DNA from: Eledone cirrhosa
Lineage: Eukaryota
DNA length: 64,000 nucleotides
NCBI GenBank assembly: GCA_964016885.1
Contig: OZ024743.1
Coordinates: 214,520,001-214,584,000 of the forward strand
Reading direction: 5' to 3'
Part shown: piece by piece, positions 1 through 15,743 of the stretch
How the letters are laid out: each line of letters starts with the position of its first letter
Position numbering within the stretch: the stretch's first letter is position 1
The notes under the pieces: model-generated
The model's input: only the letters and a program-made list of their open reading frames with translations
Databases searched by the model: none
What the model was told of the DNA's origin: nothing
Position numbers and translations under genes: made by a program

Positions 1-1532
1 CAAACTTGTTGTTCTTGATATTAACTAATTGTTTTTGGAAGTTTTCCACCTCATGAATGCACCTCGAAATATCAAGTGAACTTTTTTTAAGAAATCGAAA
101 ACAGAATTCCTGACCCACACAATATGGTTTCAAAAACTACTAACATAAATCTAAATTGAAAATCTCCGAGGATTGCAACAAATCCTCTTGCCTGTGCTAA
201 TTCTGAAGCATTCCAACGCTCTGGATTTTCTAATATTATTGAAAATAGCTCAGAAAACATAGTAATTTTATTGGATAAAATAGATACCTGTTGAGATGAA
301 TAATTGCAACGTGTCTCAGGTAATTTTTGCAAATCACCTTCCAACGGTGTCATTCAATAGAGCTATTTGTATTGTTGATTTAGAAAAAAAAGATGAAATT
401 CCTTTTAAACTTTGAAAGAAAATTCGACATTCACGAATACTTGAAACTGATTGAGATAGTACCAAATTAAGTGAATGTGCATACCAATGAACAAAGATGA
501 CGTTTGCACCAGAACTCTCCTTTATTTTTGCTTGCACTCCGTTCAAATGCCCAGCCATCACACTCGCTCCATCATAAGTTTGTGCAATGAATTTTTTACC
601 ACAATTGAATTCATTAACGAATTTTCGAACTTCTTCTGTCAGCAATACATCTCTTCTATCTTTACTAACATCGACGTATCGCAAAAACCTTTCTTGAGGC
701 TGTTCTTTCTCATCTACAAATCGCAAAACGCGTGAAAATTGAGATTTCATTCGACAATCCGTCGTCTCATCAAACATAACAGCAACAAAGGATGTTTTTT
801 AGATCTTTGCTTTAATTTCACATTTAATTGTAGCAGCTATACAATTAATGATCTCGTTTTGAATATCACTTGAAAGTACAGAAAATATACAGTTAGCATT
901 TTTCTTCACAAAATCTAAATGCGAGCTTAAACAATCATCGTATTCCACTACTGCTTCACATATAGCCAACACATTACCCTTATTGTTTGAGTTTTCTGTT
1001 TCATCGTGTCCTCGAATTGATAATCCTTGACAGGCCAAAATTTCAACACAATGAATTAACCTTTTCATTACATCACGATTTTTCTCAACAGTTCAATTAT
1101 GCAATGAATCGCAGCTGCTTTCCAGTGATCGATCTCTGTATCAATTCGATGTCGCCCAAAGGTTTTCAGAGCAATTACGGAACTCAAGTGGTTCTGAGAT
1201 TTTTTGTGTCTTGTCAAAGCTGTAATCAAATTGTTCAAATCTCAGTAATCGGTGGTTGTCCATGTATTACTATGGTGACAAAACAACATACATGGGAAAC
1301 AGAACAATTTGTTCAGAATGGGACATCCCATCATCCACTCATATTGTTCATAATATTTGGAATCAAAATAACGATAACATTCCTTGCCGCTCACTTTCGT
1401 CTTTGTCTTAATTTCAAGCATAGGTTTCTCTCTTCCAAGAATGATAATATTCTTACTCTCTTGAAAGCATATTGATGCAAAAGATCGAGAAAGTAGAGCA
1501 GAAACTGAACTAATTGACTCTTTTGCCATCAC
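1..1532 (-). pseudogene. hAT-superfamily transposase (TTF zinc finger + DUF4371 + catalytic core, ZMYM1/THAP12-like), frameshifted; continues beyond window start
   Basis: Collinear minus-strand ORF pieces 1242-1532 (RYFDSKYYEQYEWM...LFCFPCMLF, TTF-type finger), 799-1068 (ACQGLSIRGHDE...GNVLAI...SSDIQNEII, DUF4371-like), 334-777 (DETTD, QTYDGASVMAG, HWYAHSLNL = degenerate CxxH) and 87-353. Several frame breaks. Confidence 0.9.
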
Positions 1533-2079
1533 GTGGTGAATGAATGAAAATGTGGAAAATGTAATTTTTGCGTAACTTATTAAAAAATAATTTGATATAT
1601 TTTAAATTAAAATTTAAAACATTGGACTGAAAAATTTACCTATTCAATCAGGAAAAGGTTAACTTTACCTATATAATCAGGAAAATTCCCCAGCTAAGGC
1701 GACACGTGTATATTCTAGAATCATCGGTGAATTAAGTGGCTGTTTTGACCACTGGCCGTTTGGACATCGTGTCGTTGACGCATGCACGGTCCTCTAAATG
1801 AATTTCCCGGTCAAAGCTGCATTTAGTGTTATCTAGTGTGTGTGTTCGTGTTATCTTTTTATGTGTCTACGATTTAGTAAGCAGTCAAAATTCTGCTTGC
1901 TCCAAAGCTGTCGTGTGTTTTTATGTATGTGTTTGTGTGTATGTATGTGTGTCTGTTATCTTTTTTTGCGTCTATACGTTTTAGTAAGCAGCCAAAATTC
2001 TGCTTGCTTAAACCAACGCAATTGATCAACTCAAGATTCTATAACGCATGCACTGCATGTGTTGCATGCACGGACCCTA
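1..2079 (-). mobile_element. 5' part of a hAT DNA transposon with candidate terminus TAGGGTCCGTGCATGC and subterminal repeats
   Basis: Upstream of the transposase: motif GCATGCACGGACCCTA ends at 2079 and a variant GCATGCACGGTCCTCTA ends at 1796. Duplicated ~90-110 bp blocks at 1812-1900 and 1903-2010. The opposite TIR is outside the window. Confidence 0.55.
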
Positions 2080-2169
2080 TATATAAGTTTCAGAAGATCC
2101 CGATAAGAGTGAAAGCAGCTTAAACTTTAATCTGTTATTTTAATATATATATATATATATATACATAGT

Positions 2170-2365
2170 GTCAGGTCATTCTAGAGTGCTACTGGTAACA
2201 TGTAAACCAGTACAACCTGTCGCATGATCGGGTCGTCGGCAACTAAACCGGCAACCCCACCAAGTTTACTTGGTGAGGAGGGTGAATTTGGACACCCTGC
2301 AGGACAAAAAACAAAACCTGACAAAGAGGGGAAGAACTGGTAAGAATCAACGGCTATCCAAAAAT
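2170..2365 (+). mobile_element. Diverged 5' fragment of the short R4/Dong-related family also at 10261 and 51521
   Basis: GTCAGGTCA...GCTACTGGTAACATGTA...GGGTCGTCGGCAACTAAACCGGCAACCCCACCAAG aligns by eye with 10261- and 51521-. Confidence 0.75.
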
Positions 2366-2431
2366 GTGTAAATATGTATATACACATGTACATATGTATG
2401 TATATGTATGTACGTGTGTATATGCCTGGGG

Positions 2432-2918
2432 TATTAGGGAGGGACATGTACCTCTGTAGGTGGGGCCAGCCATGCCCTTTTCAGGACAGCTCGTCCTGGA
2501 TTGGGTACTACCTGACACTCAGCTCTCACCTGTGGCCTCAAGAAGCTGTAGCATGCGACAGCGGCTACACTCTGGCAAACCGCCTTGGCTGGCGGGCCGA
2601 ACCAGGTTGAGTGTAGCCAGACTGGTCTGAAACTCCCCGTTGAGTTAGATAGGGGATGCCTGACCTTGCATGCGAAGACTGGACCCGGCGGAGTGAGTGG
2701 ATGTGGTAAACATCGTTCCAACGGTCACGAAGGCGGCGACAGCAAGTAGTTTGGAGCGCTAGGGCACAGCAAGGCACTACAGACGTCGTGGCCATCCACT
2801 GCAGCCAAGGAATTCCCTGGTCGTGACGGTCCTCCATACCACCGGATTCTGGCTCATACGGCCGAGTGAGTGGGACCGTCACTGTGCACTGGCCCTCCCA
2901 CTATAAACCTTTCCCGCA
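2432..2918 (+). mobile_element. Isolated RTE-clade LINE 5' UTR / RTE-derived non-autonomous element
   Basis: GC-rich island between TA-rich tracts. Motifs GTACCTCTG...CTCTCACCTGTGGC...AAGAAGCTGTAGCATGCG...CATCCACTGCA resemble RTE 5' UTRs as I recall them (not searched). Perfect GCTACACTC/GAGTGTAGC stem. Confidence 0.6.
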
Positions 2919-3070
2919 CATACACATATATAAGTAGAAGGGGTATTTAATTTGTTGGAAGTCCAACAAATATAAATGCTTATAACTGATTTATAGCACT
3001 CAACACTTGACTTGAGTAAATATCCAATGATATTAAATAAATGGAAACTATATTTATAAAACCAGATTTA

Positions 3071-3129
3071 TTTTATTATATATATTTCAAGGGCACCAAG
3101 ATACATTGATACGCTTTCATCAGATAAAA
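3071..3129 (-). ncRNA. Type I minimal hammerhead ribozyme motif
   Basis: Minus strand: TTTTAT CTGATGA AAG..CTT GAAA TATATA T A ATAAAA. Helix I 6 bp, palindromic helix III ATATATAT, cleavage triplet AUA. Confidence 0.7.
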
Positions 3130-3149
3130 TACAAAGTTTTTTTTATAAA

Positions 3150-3181
<32 letters not shown>

Positions 3182-3182
3182 G

Positions 3183-4218
<1,036 letters not shown>

Positions 4219-4349
4219 TTGTGTGTATGTGTATGAGGGGGGCGCCTGTACATCATCCTCCTCCCTTTCATCAACAACATCAGCTTCTTCTTCTCCGACA
4301 TATTCCTGGGAGTATCGTGTGGGACGAATTCTAATGCAACCTTACATAG

Positions 4350-5100
4350 AGTCCTATAAAACGTCTCCAGTTGAACCAGGTGGATCCCCTAGCGAGACCA
4401 ACCGAGTTAATGAATGGTGCGCATTCATCTTGTTCATGGGATGCACTTGGGAGTTGGCTTGGCCCGTAAAATCTGTCCAGTGACGCTTTCCTTATACATT
4501 CTGCCGACATGTCCATAGTATTGGAGCTGTGGTTCCATGTGCAGTGACTTCCGATTCTTCGTACTACATAACCTATCAATAACGCTACTCCAAAACCATT
4601 TGTGGAACACCATTTCGGCAGCTGATTTTTGCGACTGTAGGCTTCCGGTCTTGACCCCAGATATCTGACCATATGTAAGGGCTGGAACAAACACCAAAGC
4701 AAAGATAGAGTATTTTGGCTTTTACACCCACCCACCCCCCACCTTTATCTGAAGACTGTGTGTTGAGGCTGGCGCATTAGTGCAATAATTCATGCAATCT
4801 CCGCATGCAATTCAGCTTCCTCCCTTCCATCACGTATCCCTCTGCTGCCGTGGAACTCCACTCTCAAACAGAGTGCACATCAGAGGCTGTCCTGAGATGA
4901 TTCGTGCCTCAGTCTTCGTTTTACTGATTATAATTCCAGCTATTGAGTATTTGGCATCTAGACTATTGAGTGCAAGTGGAAGACCAGCTTTTGATGAGTG
5001 AAGTAATATAATATAGTTTGCAAATTCCGACCGACTGATACTACACACGCCAATCTTGATAGCACTTCCAACCGGCTGCGCATGTCTGTCTTGTTCACAT
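4350..5100 (-). pseudogene. Decayed RTE-clade LINE RT/C-terminal fragment
   Basis: FANYIILLHSSKAGL...ISKTKTEA (FADD region), VFVPALTYG, AAEMVF, QLQYYGHVGRM, in several frames. Confidence 0.75.
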
Positions 5101-5128
5101 AAGTTGTTTATATAATATAGTGTATTAC

Positions 5129-5212
5129 TTATACAAATACAAATTGCAGTTATACAAATACAAATTGCAGTTATACAAATACAAATTGCAGTTATACAAA
5201 TACAAATTACAG
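5129..5212. repeat. 21-bp minisatellite x4 (TTATACAAATACAAATTGCAG)
   Basis: Four contiguous copies with no spacers. Confidence 0.95.
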
Positions 5213-6478
5213 TTTAGTTATGAGTAATTTTCAGAATTGCTTTTATAAATGCCTTCAAATATTTACTATCATTCTCTAACATTTGTAAACTGGAATAAAC
5301 CCTCACGTCCATGGCTATTTATATCACCACTGCGTGATGTTTAATGTAATTAAAATTATTCATTCCTTAAGAAATACTTGTGCATATTCTAAACGAAATA
5401 CGAAAGATAATATGTGTAAATATTATACGTAATCCAGCGCATAGATCTGACAAGTGTATATTTTATTATATCTCATAAAGATATCAACGAGCTTTCTATC
5501 ATTAAACTATATGGAATGGGCTCTTCTGCAAATAAGAAGTGATGCATTATCCAATAAGTATCACAAAAATGCATATGATATGGATATGTAAGGAAAAAGC
5601 ATATTTCTCAATATATATTTTATTTTTCTATGTTACGAAAATGATAATATATACATATTTCCTGTAGTTGAATGTACTGCAAGTATGACATAAATATTAT
5701 CACTGCATATATTGAATAAAAGCATTTATATGAGATGTTATGGGTTATGTTATTCTATCTTTTATGAAATCGTCATTTCCCCTCAGCAAATCCTGTATTG
5801 GGACAGAATTAAAGCATTTTCAAATTGAGGAAAGAAAAGTAAAAGAGAATGGAAATTTACAGAAATAGAAAAAAGGCACGTAAATAAACTTGAAACTAAC
5901 CAAATTAAATACGTAAGTCAGATTGAGATAAAATCTTGAATTAATTATTTATACATCCTTAAATTTTGAACTCGAATGAATTTTTAAAACAAATTGACAA
6001 GCACACGTTGAAATCAAAAGACAATTCTTATAAATATAAATTTGTTTTGCATGTTGCTAATAGAATGCTTAATGAATTTTATATTATATACATCGATATT
6101 TTTATTAGATTCCATAAATATCTCAATAAGCTCACTGCAACAATGTAGTTGTATATTTATATGAGTGGAAATTAAAGATAAAAGGAAATGTACAACTGGT
6201 AAATCAACTAATGTCTACGTATTTTATTAAGCCACCTAATATATATATGTATACGTCTAGTGACTTCGAAGTAAATCCTCCGTCGCTAGGCGTATCTGAG
6301 GAACTTGCGAATCCAGAGTCAGGTTCCATCCTCAAATAGATCGCAACTCGAACTGTTCGCCGCAGAAACAATTGAAATACGTTAATAAATTGTTTCGATG
6401 AATCACTGATTCTTCGTTGAAGGAGCATAGAGAGCTCAAACGCCATACCGCCAATGTAAGCATCCAAGCAAGATTACC

Positions 6479-6526
<48 letters not shown>

Positions 6527-6609
6527 GTTATTCCGGGTTGAATCGGAGGTAACCACAGTAAGTAAGGTACTCAATACATAGCAGAGTATAACAGTTTTAA
6601 TATAGATGA

Positions 6610-6658
6610 GATTCTACAGGACTAGAACTGTTTCATTCATTAGAAATCATCAGGAATC
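6610..6658 (-). ncRNA. Type I hammerhead ribozyme motif in Penelope pLTR (mirror copy 11667-11715, +)
   Basis: GATTC CTGATGA T TTC TAAT GAA T GAAAC AG ttctagtc CT GTA GAATC. Helix I 5 bp, U-U at 10.1/11.1, GUA triplet; sense to the ORF. Confidence 0.75.
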
Positions 6659-7099
6659 TGGGTATCAAAAAATAAATATGGTATTTATAGGTCTCTACAA
6701 GTGGTAGGAGAGGGTGGGGAGTTGGATGGGCGCAGGTCATTGGTTGATAGAAAAGGGAATTCATTAAAAGCTAATTCTACAAAGCTATAGTTAATTTTTA
6801 TTTTTATTTATATTTATTTATGTTTTTAGAGTAACAAAGGCAGACAGAATTCTATAAACAGTTTCCGGATGGCATACCATTCCTTGTCAATAAGTTTCTC
6901 TTAAGCTAACAGATGTCTATAAAATCAGTGGGGGGTCAGTCAAGCTCGATCGAATTAAAGAAGAGGGAGATTCTTTAAAAGCTAAAGTCATTAAGGTTCT
7001 ACTAAGTGACAAAGGTCTAGGGAATTCTGCAGACAGATTCAAAATACTGAGTGCATATCTTACTATTATCTTCGAACTTCTCTTAAACTAATCAACAAT

Positions 7100-9420
<2,321 letters not shown>

Positions 9421-9593
9421 ATAGGTACTCAATAAATATACGCCTATACACAGGCACATAAAGACACCTCTACAGGCAGAAAATGTAGATACGAAAGAGG
9501 TACTCACATGACCATAGTGGCCGTATTTCAGGTTGAGGAGGGGTGGGGGTAGGGTGGGTTGGAGGTATAGGGGCCAGTAGGGGGAGGTCGTTT

Positions 9594-9929
9594 TTAGCCA
9601 TCGGGCTTTAACACTGGCTTAAAGTGTTTGAATGTTGCAAAGTTCTTGTGCATGCAGTTCGGGCAGTGTTCAGAGAGTTTGTTCAGTAGCGGGCCCTTGG
9701 CGAATAAAATTTCGTAGCTCTCTGAAATACAAAGGTCGCAGCCCTTGTGTCCTCCGTTGTAAGAGCGCGCTTTCTGGAGTATTTTCCAATTAAGCGTGAA
9801 GGGGGTGGAGTTCCTTTTGAGGTCCCAAACGTAGGAGGCGAGTGTTGTTTGATTTGATTTATCCGGTCTTCTGAAGGAGTGGGTATGGGCATACCATCGG
9901 GTCTTAAAGGTGTTGGAGGTCATGCCGAT
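9594..9929 (-). pseudogene. Penelope GIY-YIG endonuclease, C-terminal fragment
   Basis: (Y)IGMTSNTFKTRWYAHTHSF...TTLASYVWDLK...WKIL...CDLCISE...LLNKLSE...CMHK. Truncated at the YIG motif where the inverted arm starts. Confidence 0.88.
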
Positions 9930-10146
9930 TGTGTGTATGTGTGTGTGTATAGATATTTATACATTTGTATACTCGTGTTTGTATGTATGCGTGTGAGTCT
10001 ATTTAATTGTGTATATATATGTGTGTGTGTGTGTATGTATGTGTATGTCTGTGTGTGTGTGTATATATATATATGTATATATATATATATGTGTATATAT
10101 GTATATGTATGTATATATATATGTGTATATATATGTGTGTGTGTGT

Positions 10147-10188
<42 letters not shown>

Positions 10189-10260
10189 GTGTTTGTATAT
10201 ATATGTATATATGTATATATATATATATATGTGTGTATATATATGTATATATATATATAT

Positions 10261-10866
10261 GTCAGGTCACCAGTTGGTGCTACTGGTAACATGTATCCCA
10301 GTACAACCTGTCTCATGGTCGGGTCGTTGGCGACTAAACTGGCAACCCCACCAAGGTTTCTTGGTGAGGAGGGTGACTTTGGACATCCTGCAGGACTAAA
10401 AACAAAACCTGTCAAAGGGCAAGGGAGCTCTTAAGACTCAATAGCCATCCAAAATCACCGGGAGAGATGACCCCTTAGCCTTTGTCAAGGCAGAATTCTA
10501 GGAGAAGGAAAACTCTGATATAACACCTGCAACCCTGATGGTATCCAATGATGTTGACTTGTTCTTCTTTTTGGTAAATATCATCTTGGTTAAGAGAGTG
10601 GGACTGGCTTTGTGCAGTGCCTTTGCTCACTATAAAAGCTTCACAGCACAGGCATTGCTTTATATCTGGAGATCTCTCTGCACTTGTCATCACATGGTAC
10701 CATGGGCCCTGCACTATGTGTCAATAATGGTCACAAGTGTAGTCTTTGTACCAGAGTTTTCAAGTCGCTGGCTGGACTAAAAAGTCACATTCGTTCAGCG
10801 CATCGGTAGGGGTTCTCCTACATGGATATAAAGTAGTGGCCGTACTCGAAAACGAGTTGGCAGCCA

Positions 10867-10868
<2 letters not shown>
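10261..10868 (+). mobile_element. ~600 bp non-autonomous retroelement (R4/Dong-like 5' end) inserted in a TA tract of the Penelope arm
   Basis: Near-identical to 51521-52124 and absent from the mirror arm (7400-7500), so it inserted after the inverted repeat formed. Confidence 0.8.
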
Positions 10869-10933
<65 letters not shown>

Positions 10934-11728
10934 CGTATGTATATGTGTATATGTATTTTATATATGTATGTATGTATGTATGTGTGTATGTATGTGTGTG
11001 TACATGTATATATTTTTATATATATTTATATATTTTTTATATATGTGTGTGTGTTTTTATGTGTGTATATGTGTTTGTGTGTGTGTTTATGGTTGCGCGT
11101 AAGTGTGTGAGTGAGTATGTGTGTTTTTTTGTTTTTTATGTGTGTTTTTTTGTTTTTCTGTTTTTTTGTTTTTTTGTTTTTTTGTTTTTTTGTTTTTTTG
11201 TGAATGTGTCTGTTGATTTTGGCATATTGTTGATTAGTTTAAGAGATGTTCGAAGATAATAGTAAGATATGCACTCAGTATTTTGAATCTGTCTGCAGAA
11301 TTCCCTAGACCTTTGTCACTTAGTAGAACCTTAATGACTTTAGCTTTTAAAGAATCTCCCTCTTCTTTAATTCTATCGAGCTTGACTGACCCCCCACTGA
11401 TTTTATAGACATCAGTTAGCTTAAGAGAAACTTATTGACAAGGAATGGTATGCCATCCGGAACCTGTTTATAGAATTCTGTCTGCCTTTGTTACTCTAAA
11501 AACATAAATAAATATAAATAAAAATAAAAATTAACTATAGCTTTGTAGAATTAGCTTTTAATGAATTCCCTTTTCTATCGACCAATGACCTGCACCCATC
11601 CAACTCCCCACCCTCTCCTACCACTTGTAGAGACCTATAAATACCATATTTATTTTTTGATACCCAGATTCCTGATGATTTCTAATGAATGAAACAGTTC
11701 TAGTCCTGTAGAATCTCATCTATATTAA

Positions 11729-11789
<61 letters not shown>

Positions 11790-12440
11790 CAGGGAGAAAG
11801 GGAGAAAGAGACGATTATGAGGAAGACATTTTTTTTTTTTTTAACTTTTTTTGTCTCTCTCTCTCTCTTTTTTCTGGTTTAGAAAATGATTAAAACGAAA
11901 TGTTTTACTTTGTGTGAAGTGTTAAGATATTAGTTGATTTATTTATTATTTAACAATGGCATTTATTTATCTATTTATATATTTAATTATTGTCTATTAC
12001 AGGTTTCTGCATGTATATGCATTATCAAATGATAGTGAAATGTATTAGTGTGGTGTCGCACATGTTAAACAGAAGGTGCAGAAAGAATAATGTTATATAC
12101 AAATAAGGTTTAAGAAGTGAAAAGAAAAAAGAAATAGGAAAAATGAACGTGCATAATGTGAAACGTAAAAAGTCAATGTGGAAGAAAAGTTAATGTTATT
12201 TACAAGTACAGTCATTGAAGTTAAGCAGTTCAAAATGAGTTAATATCGCAAGAATGTTTAGTTGAACCATGGTTCCGTGAAGGAGGCAAATGGTGGACTG
12301 TTGTTTGATATGATTTCCCTTTTTAGAGAGTTGCAGGGGGAAGCAATTCTTGCTGGGTGATATTTAAATTATTTAAGAAAAAGGATTAGGTAGGGTGTGA
12401 GGGAGATAACTCTTGTAATGTTTGATGGTTTGTTGCAGTT

Positions 12441-13050
12441 TTAGAAATTTCCGAATTTCAGGGCATTGAGTACTGGTTGAAATTTATTAATGAAATGTGT
12501 TTCCTTATTGGTGCGTTGGATGAAAGTAGCGTTTTCTATGAATTTGTAAATGGGGAAAATTTTAAAGTTTGGAAGTTGGTTGAGAGCACAATTGGCGATA
12601 TGTTCACTAAATGCAATCTTTATGTATTCCTGTATTTTAATTTGTGATTTATGGATGGTCATACGTTGAGGGAGGCTGTTTTTTGTCTGTCCTATATAGG
12701 GCTCTAGACAACTTGAGCAAGTCAAAACATAGCTAAGGTTTTCAGATGCACATGTAAAGTTGTCCTTGTTTAAAATGGAATGTTGAACCTTCTATTAGAT
12801 TTATGCATATGCCACAGTTGGGCCTTCCGCATTTTGTTACTGTAGGGATTTTGTGAAGGTTTGTTGGATTTTGGCTTGTGTGAGGATGTTTTTTATGGAT
12901 TTGGGTTGTCTTTTGCTCTTTATGATGTTGTGTGTTTGGAGAATATTGTTCATTCTTGGGTCTCTTTTTAGTAAAGGAATGTTCTGGAGGATGGTATCGA
13001 ATGCCTCATTGTTGAGGGGATTGTGTGTGGAGATGTATGGTAGAGTTTTG
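12441..13050 (-). pseudogene. Penelope/Neptune linker + GIY-YIG endonuclease remnant
   Basis: TLPYISTHNP...SKRQPKSIKNILTQAK...KCGRPNCGIC (Cys linker)...FTCASENLSYVLTCSSCLEPYIGQTKNSLPQRMTIH...KETHFINKFQPVLN; frameshifted. Confidence 0.88.
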
Positions 13051-13287
13051 TGATGCGGTTCACTCCTGGGTTTGCGATATTAACACATGTTGAACTACTT
13101 AACTTCAATGACTGTATTTGTAAATAACATTAACTTTTCTTCCACATTGACTGTTTACGTTTCACATTATGCACGTTCTTTTTTCCTATTTCTTTTTTCT
13201 TTGCACTTCTTAAACCTTGTTTTTATATAACATTATTCTTTCTGCACCTTCTGTTTAACATGTGCGACACCACACTAATATATTTCA

Positions 13288-13329
13288 CTATCATTTGATA
13301 ATGCATATAAATGCAGAAACCGGTAATAG
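13288..13329 (+). ncRNA. Minimal hammerhead motif, U3-A8 core (mirror copy 11994-12035, -)
   Basis: CTATCAT TTGATAA TGCAT ATAA ATGCA GAAA CCGG T A ATAG. Helix II 5 bp, palindromic helix III ACCGGT, weak helix I. Confidence 0.62.
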
Positions 13330-13584
13330 ACAATAATTAAATATATAAATAGATAAATAAATGCCATTGTTAAATAATAAATAAATCAACTAATACCTTA
13401 ACACTTCACACAAAGAAAAATATTTCGTTTTAATCATTTTCTAAACCAGAAAAAAGAGAGAGAGAGAGAGAGACAAAAAAAGTAAAAAAAAAAAAAATTT
13501 CTTCCTCATAATCGTCTCTTTCTCCCTGTTTTCATATATATATATATATATATCTTAACACGCTGTGCCTCCTCTCCACGTGTT

Positions 13585-13630
<46 letters not shown>

Positions 13631-13903
13631 AAATTAAGATAAATTAAATGAATTCAATCTAAATTGAAATTGTGGGTGTCAGGCCTTAACGGAATGCGCC
13701 ATATCGCCCGGAAAATAAGCTCAAAGACTGTAGGTACGAGCATTTTATAATAACTAGGAATTGATCAACATATATCTAAATAAATATAAACATGAATAAT
13801 CACAGGAGATAATTTTTACAAGCGTGTAACCACGCATGGCTAGTAGGTAACACATAAATAAAGTTAACTAGAACTTCAAAAATAGATACCTTTTAATGAT
13901 TAA

Positions 13904-14081
<178 letters not shown>

Positions 14082-14140
14082 GAATTATTTTCGTAGAAAA
14101 GGCAAAGGAAGAGTGCTCTATGTATAGTGCATAGATAATT

Positions 14141-14392
14141 AATTATGTAATAAACTACACAATACAATTATTCCATTTACCAATGGTTTCACGAAGACAG
14201 GCGTCCTCAACAGGAGTGTCCTAAGTCATTTATGAGAAAGGAAATTTTAATATGGACATTTAATATGTACACCCATGTTAACACCCATGTTTCCTTTCTG
14301 ATGAACGACTTCGGACACATCTGTTGAGCTCGCCTGTCTTACTGAAACCTTTGGTAAATAGAATTATTGTATTGTGTTGTTTATTACATAAA
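14141..14392. repeat. Diverged inverted repeat (arms ~14141-14245 and ~14290-14392) with hammerhead motif 14291-14363 (+)
   Basis: Arms are reverse complements with many substitutions. Right arm: TTCCTTT CTGATGA...GAAA CCTTTGG T A AATAGAA. Left-arm core is decayed (CTCATAA). Confidence 0.65.
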
Positions 14393-14395
14393 TAA

Positions 14396-14488
<93 letters not shown>

Positions 14489-14489
<1 letters not shown>

Positions 14490-15231
14490 TCTCGTGTAGC
14501 ACCCATCCACCATCTGAGTCAGTTTCTTGGTCAGTGTCCAAGTCTCAGACCCGTACAGCAGCACAGACTCCACTACCACAATGAAGAGGCGGATTTTCAG
14601 GTCTTTATGAAGGTCCGACTTCCACACTGATCTCAATCTGTGGCACGCCGCCCAGGCCTTGCTCTTCCTCTCAACCACATCATCTTCCGTATTCCCAATC
14701 TTTGCTCCCAAATACAGTAAGTTTTCAACCAATTCTAGCGGCTTCCCGCCTACATAAGTGATCCCCGCTGGATTCTCAACATTCTCTACCAGATATTTTG
14801 TTTTAGTCTCATTCATTCTCAGCCCCATACTCATCGACACCGTCTCAACCTCCTGCATCAAATCCTTTGCCTCCTTCACTGTATTTGTCACGAGAAAGCT
14901 GAGGATGGCTCTGAACATTAATCAGTATACACTGAGGAGGAAAAAACACAGAGCTGTATTGGAGCCTACCAAAAGTAAGCTCAAAAGTGACACAGAGGAG
15001 ACTGAGCTTATCTGGACATGCTCTCCGACATCCAGAGTTGACAATGCACTCAGAGCTCCTGTGGGAGCCCCTACATGGACAGACATGAAGAGGAAGACCA
15101 AGGTTAACGTATATTGATGCCCTAAGCACAGACACTGGGCTGTTGCAGACGCAGGACATGGCAGTGATAATGAGGGACAGAGACCGCTGGAGAGAACTCG
15201 TCCATGGGTCTCGGGAATTTTACCCGCCTTT

Positions 15232-15232
<1 letters not shown>
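14489..15232. mobile_element. 5'-truncated RTE LINE copy with inverted 5' segment, same family as 18738-22000
   Basis: 14489-14891 minus (VTNTVKEA...GCYTR) joined to 14889-15232 plus (TRKLRMALNIN...REFYPP, the element 3' end); flanked by (TA)n. Confidence 0.92.
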
Positions 15233-15309
<77 letters not shown>

Positions 15310-15438
15310 CATATTTTTATACTTGGGGGAGGGTCATATTTGTGTAATATTTGCAGAATTAATAACAGAACACACTCACTGTTTGGTTGGTTTTCGCTTT
15401 TCGCTTCTGTGTAAATATATATATATGCATTTATATTA

Positions 15439-15475
<37 letters not shown>

Positions 15476-15479
<4 letters not shown>

Positions 15480-15668
15480 AAAAGGTATGACATCGACGGC
15501 AGAGCTGAAGCTGTTTCGACGGCTATTTCTGGACCAGAAATAGCCGTCGAAACGGCTTGAGCTCTGTCGTCGGTGTCATACTTTTTTCCTATTACCCACT
15601 CTTCTACCCTAACTATTGAGTACTCTGATACGTTGGTGTCTATCTGGTTCCTTACCACAATTCTTTCG

Positions 15669-15670
<2 letters not shown>
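15476..15670 (+). repeat. Penelope-pLTR-like short repeat with 5' fold-back palindrome (15476-15591); homologous to 36110-36255
   Basis: Hairpin centred at 15533. Contains the 3' half of a hammerhead (CGAAACGGC..GAGCTC..GTCGTC GGTG). Confidence 0.7.

Positions 15671-15743
<73 letters not shown>

Larger units (their letters stand above)
11784..13533 (-). mobile_element. Second 5'-truncated Penelope-like (Neptune-type) element with inverted pLTR
   Basis: 11784-12233 is the reverse complement of 13090-13533. The arms enclose the linker plus GIY-YIG coding remnant. Confidence 0.88.

Noticed and set aside
5129-5212. Possible CRISPR-like array
   Set aside because: Contiguous 21-bp units without spacers, eukaryotic context, no cas genes.
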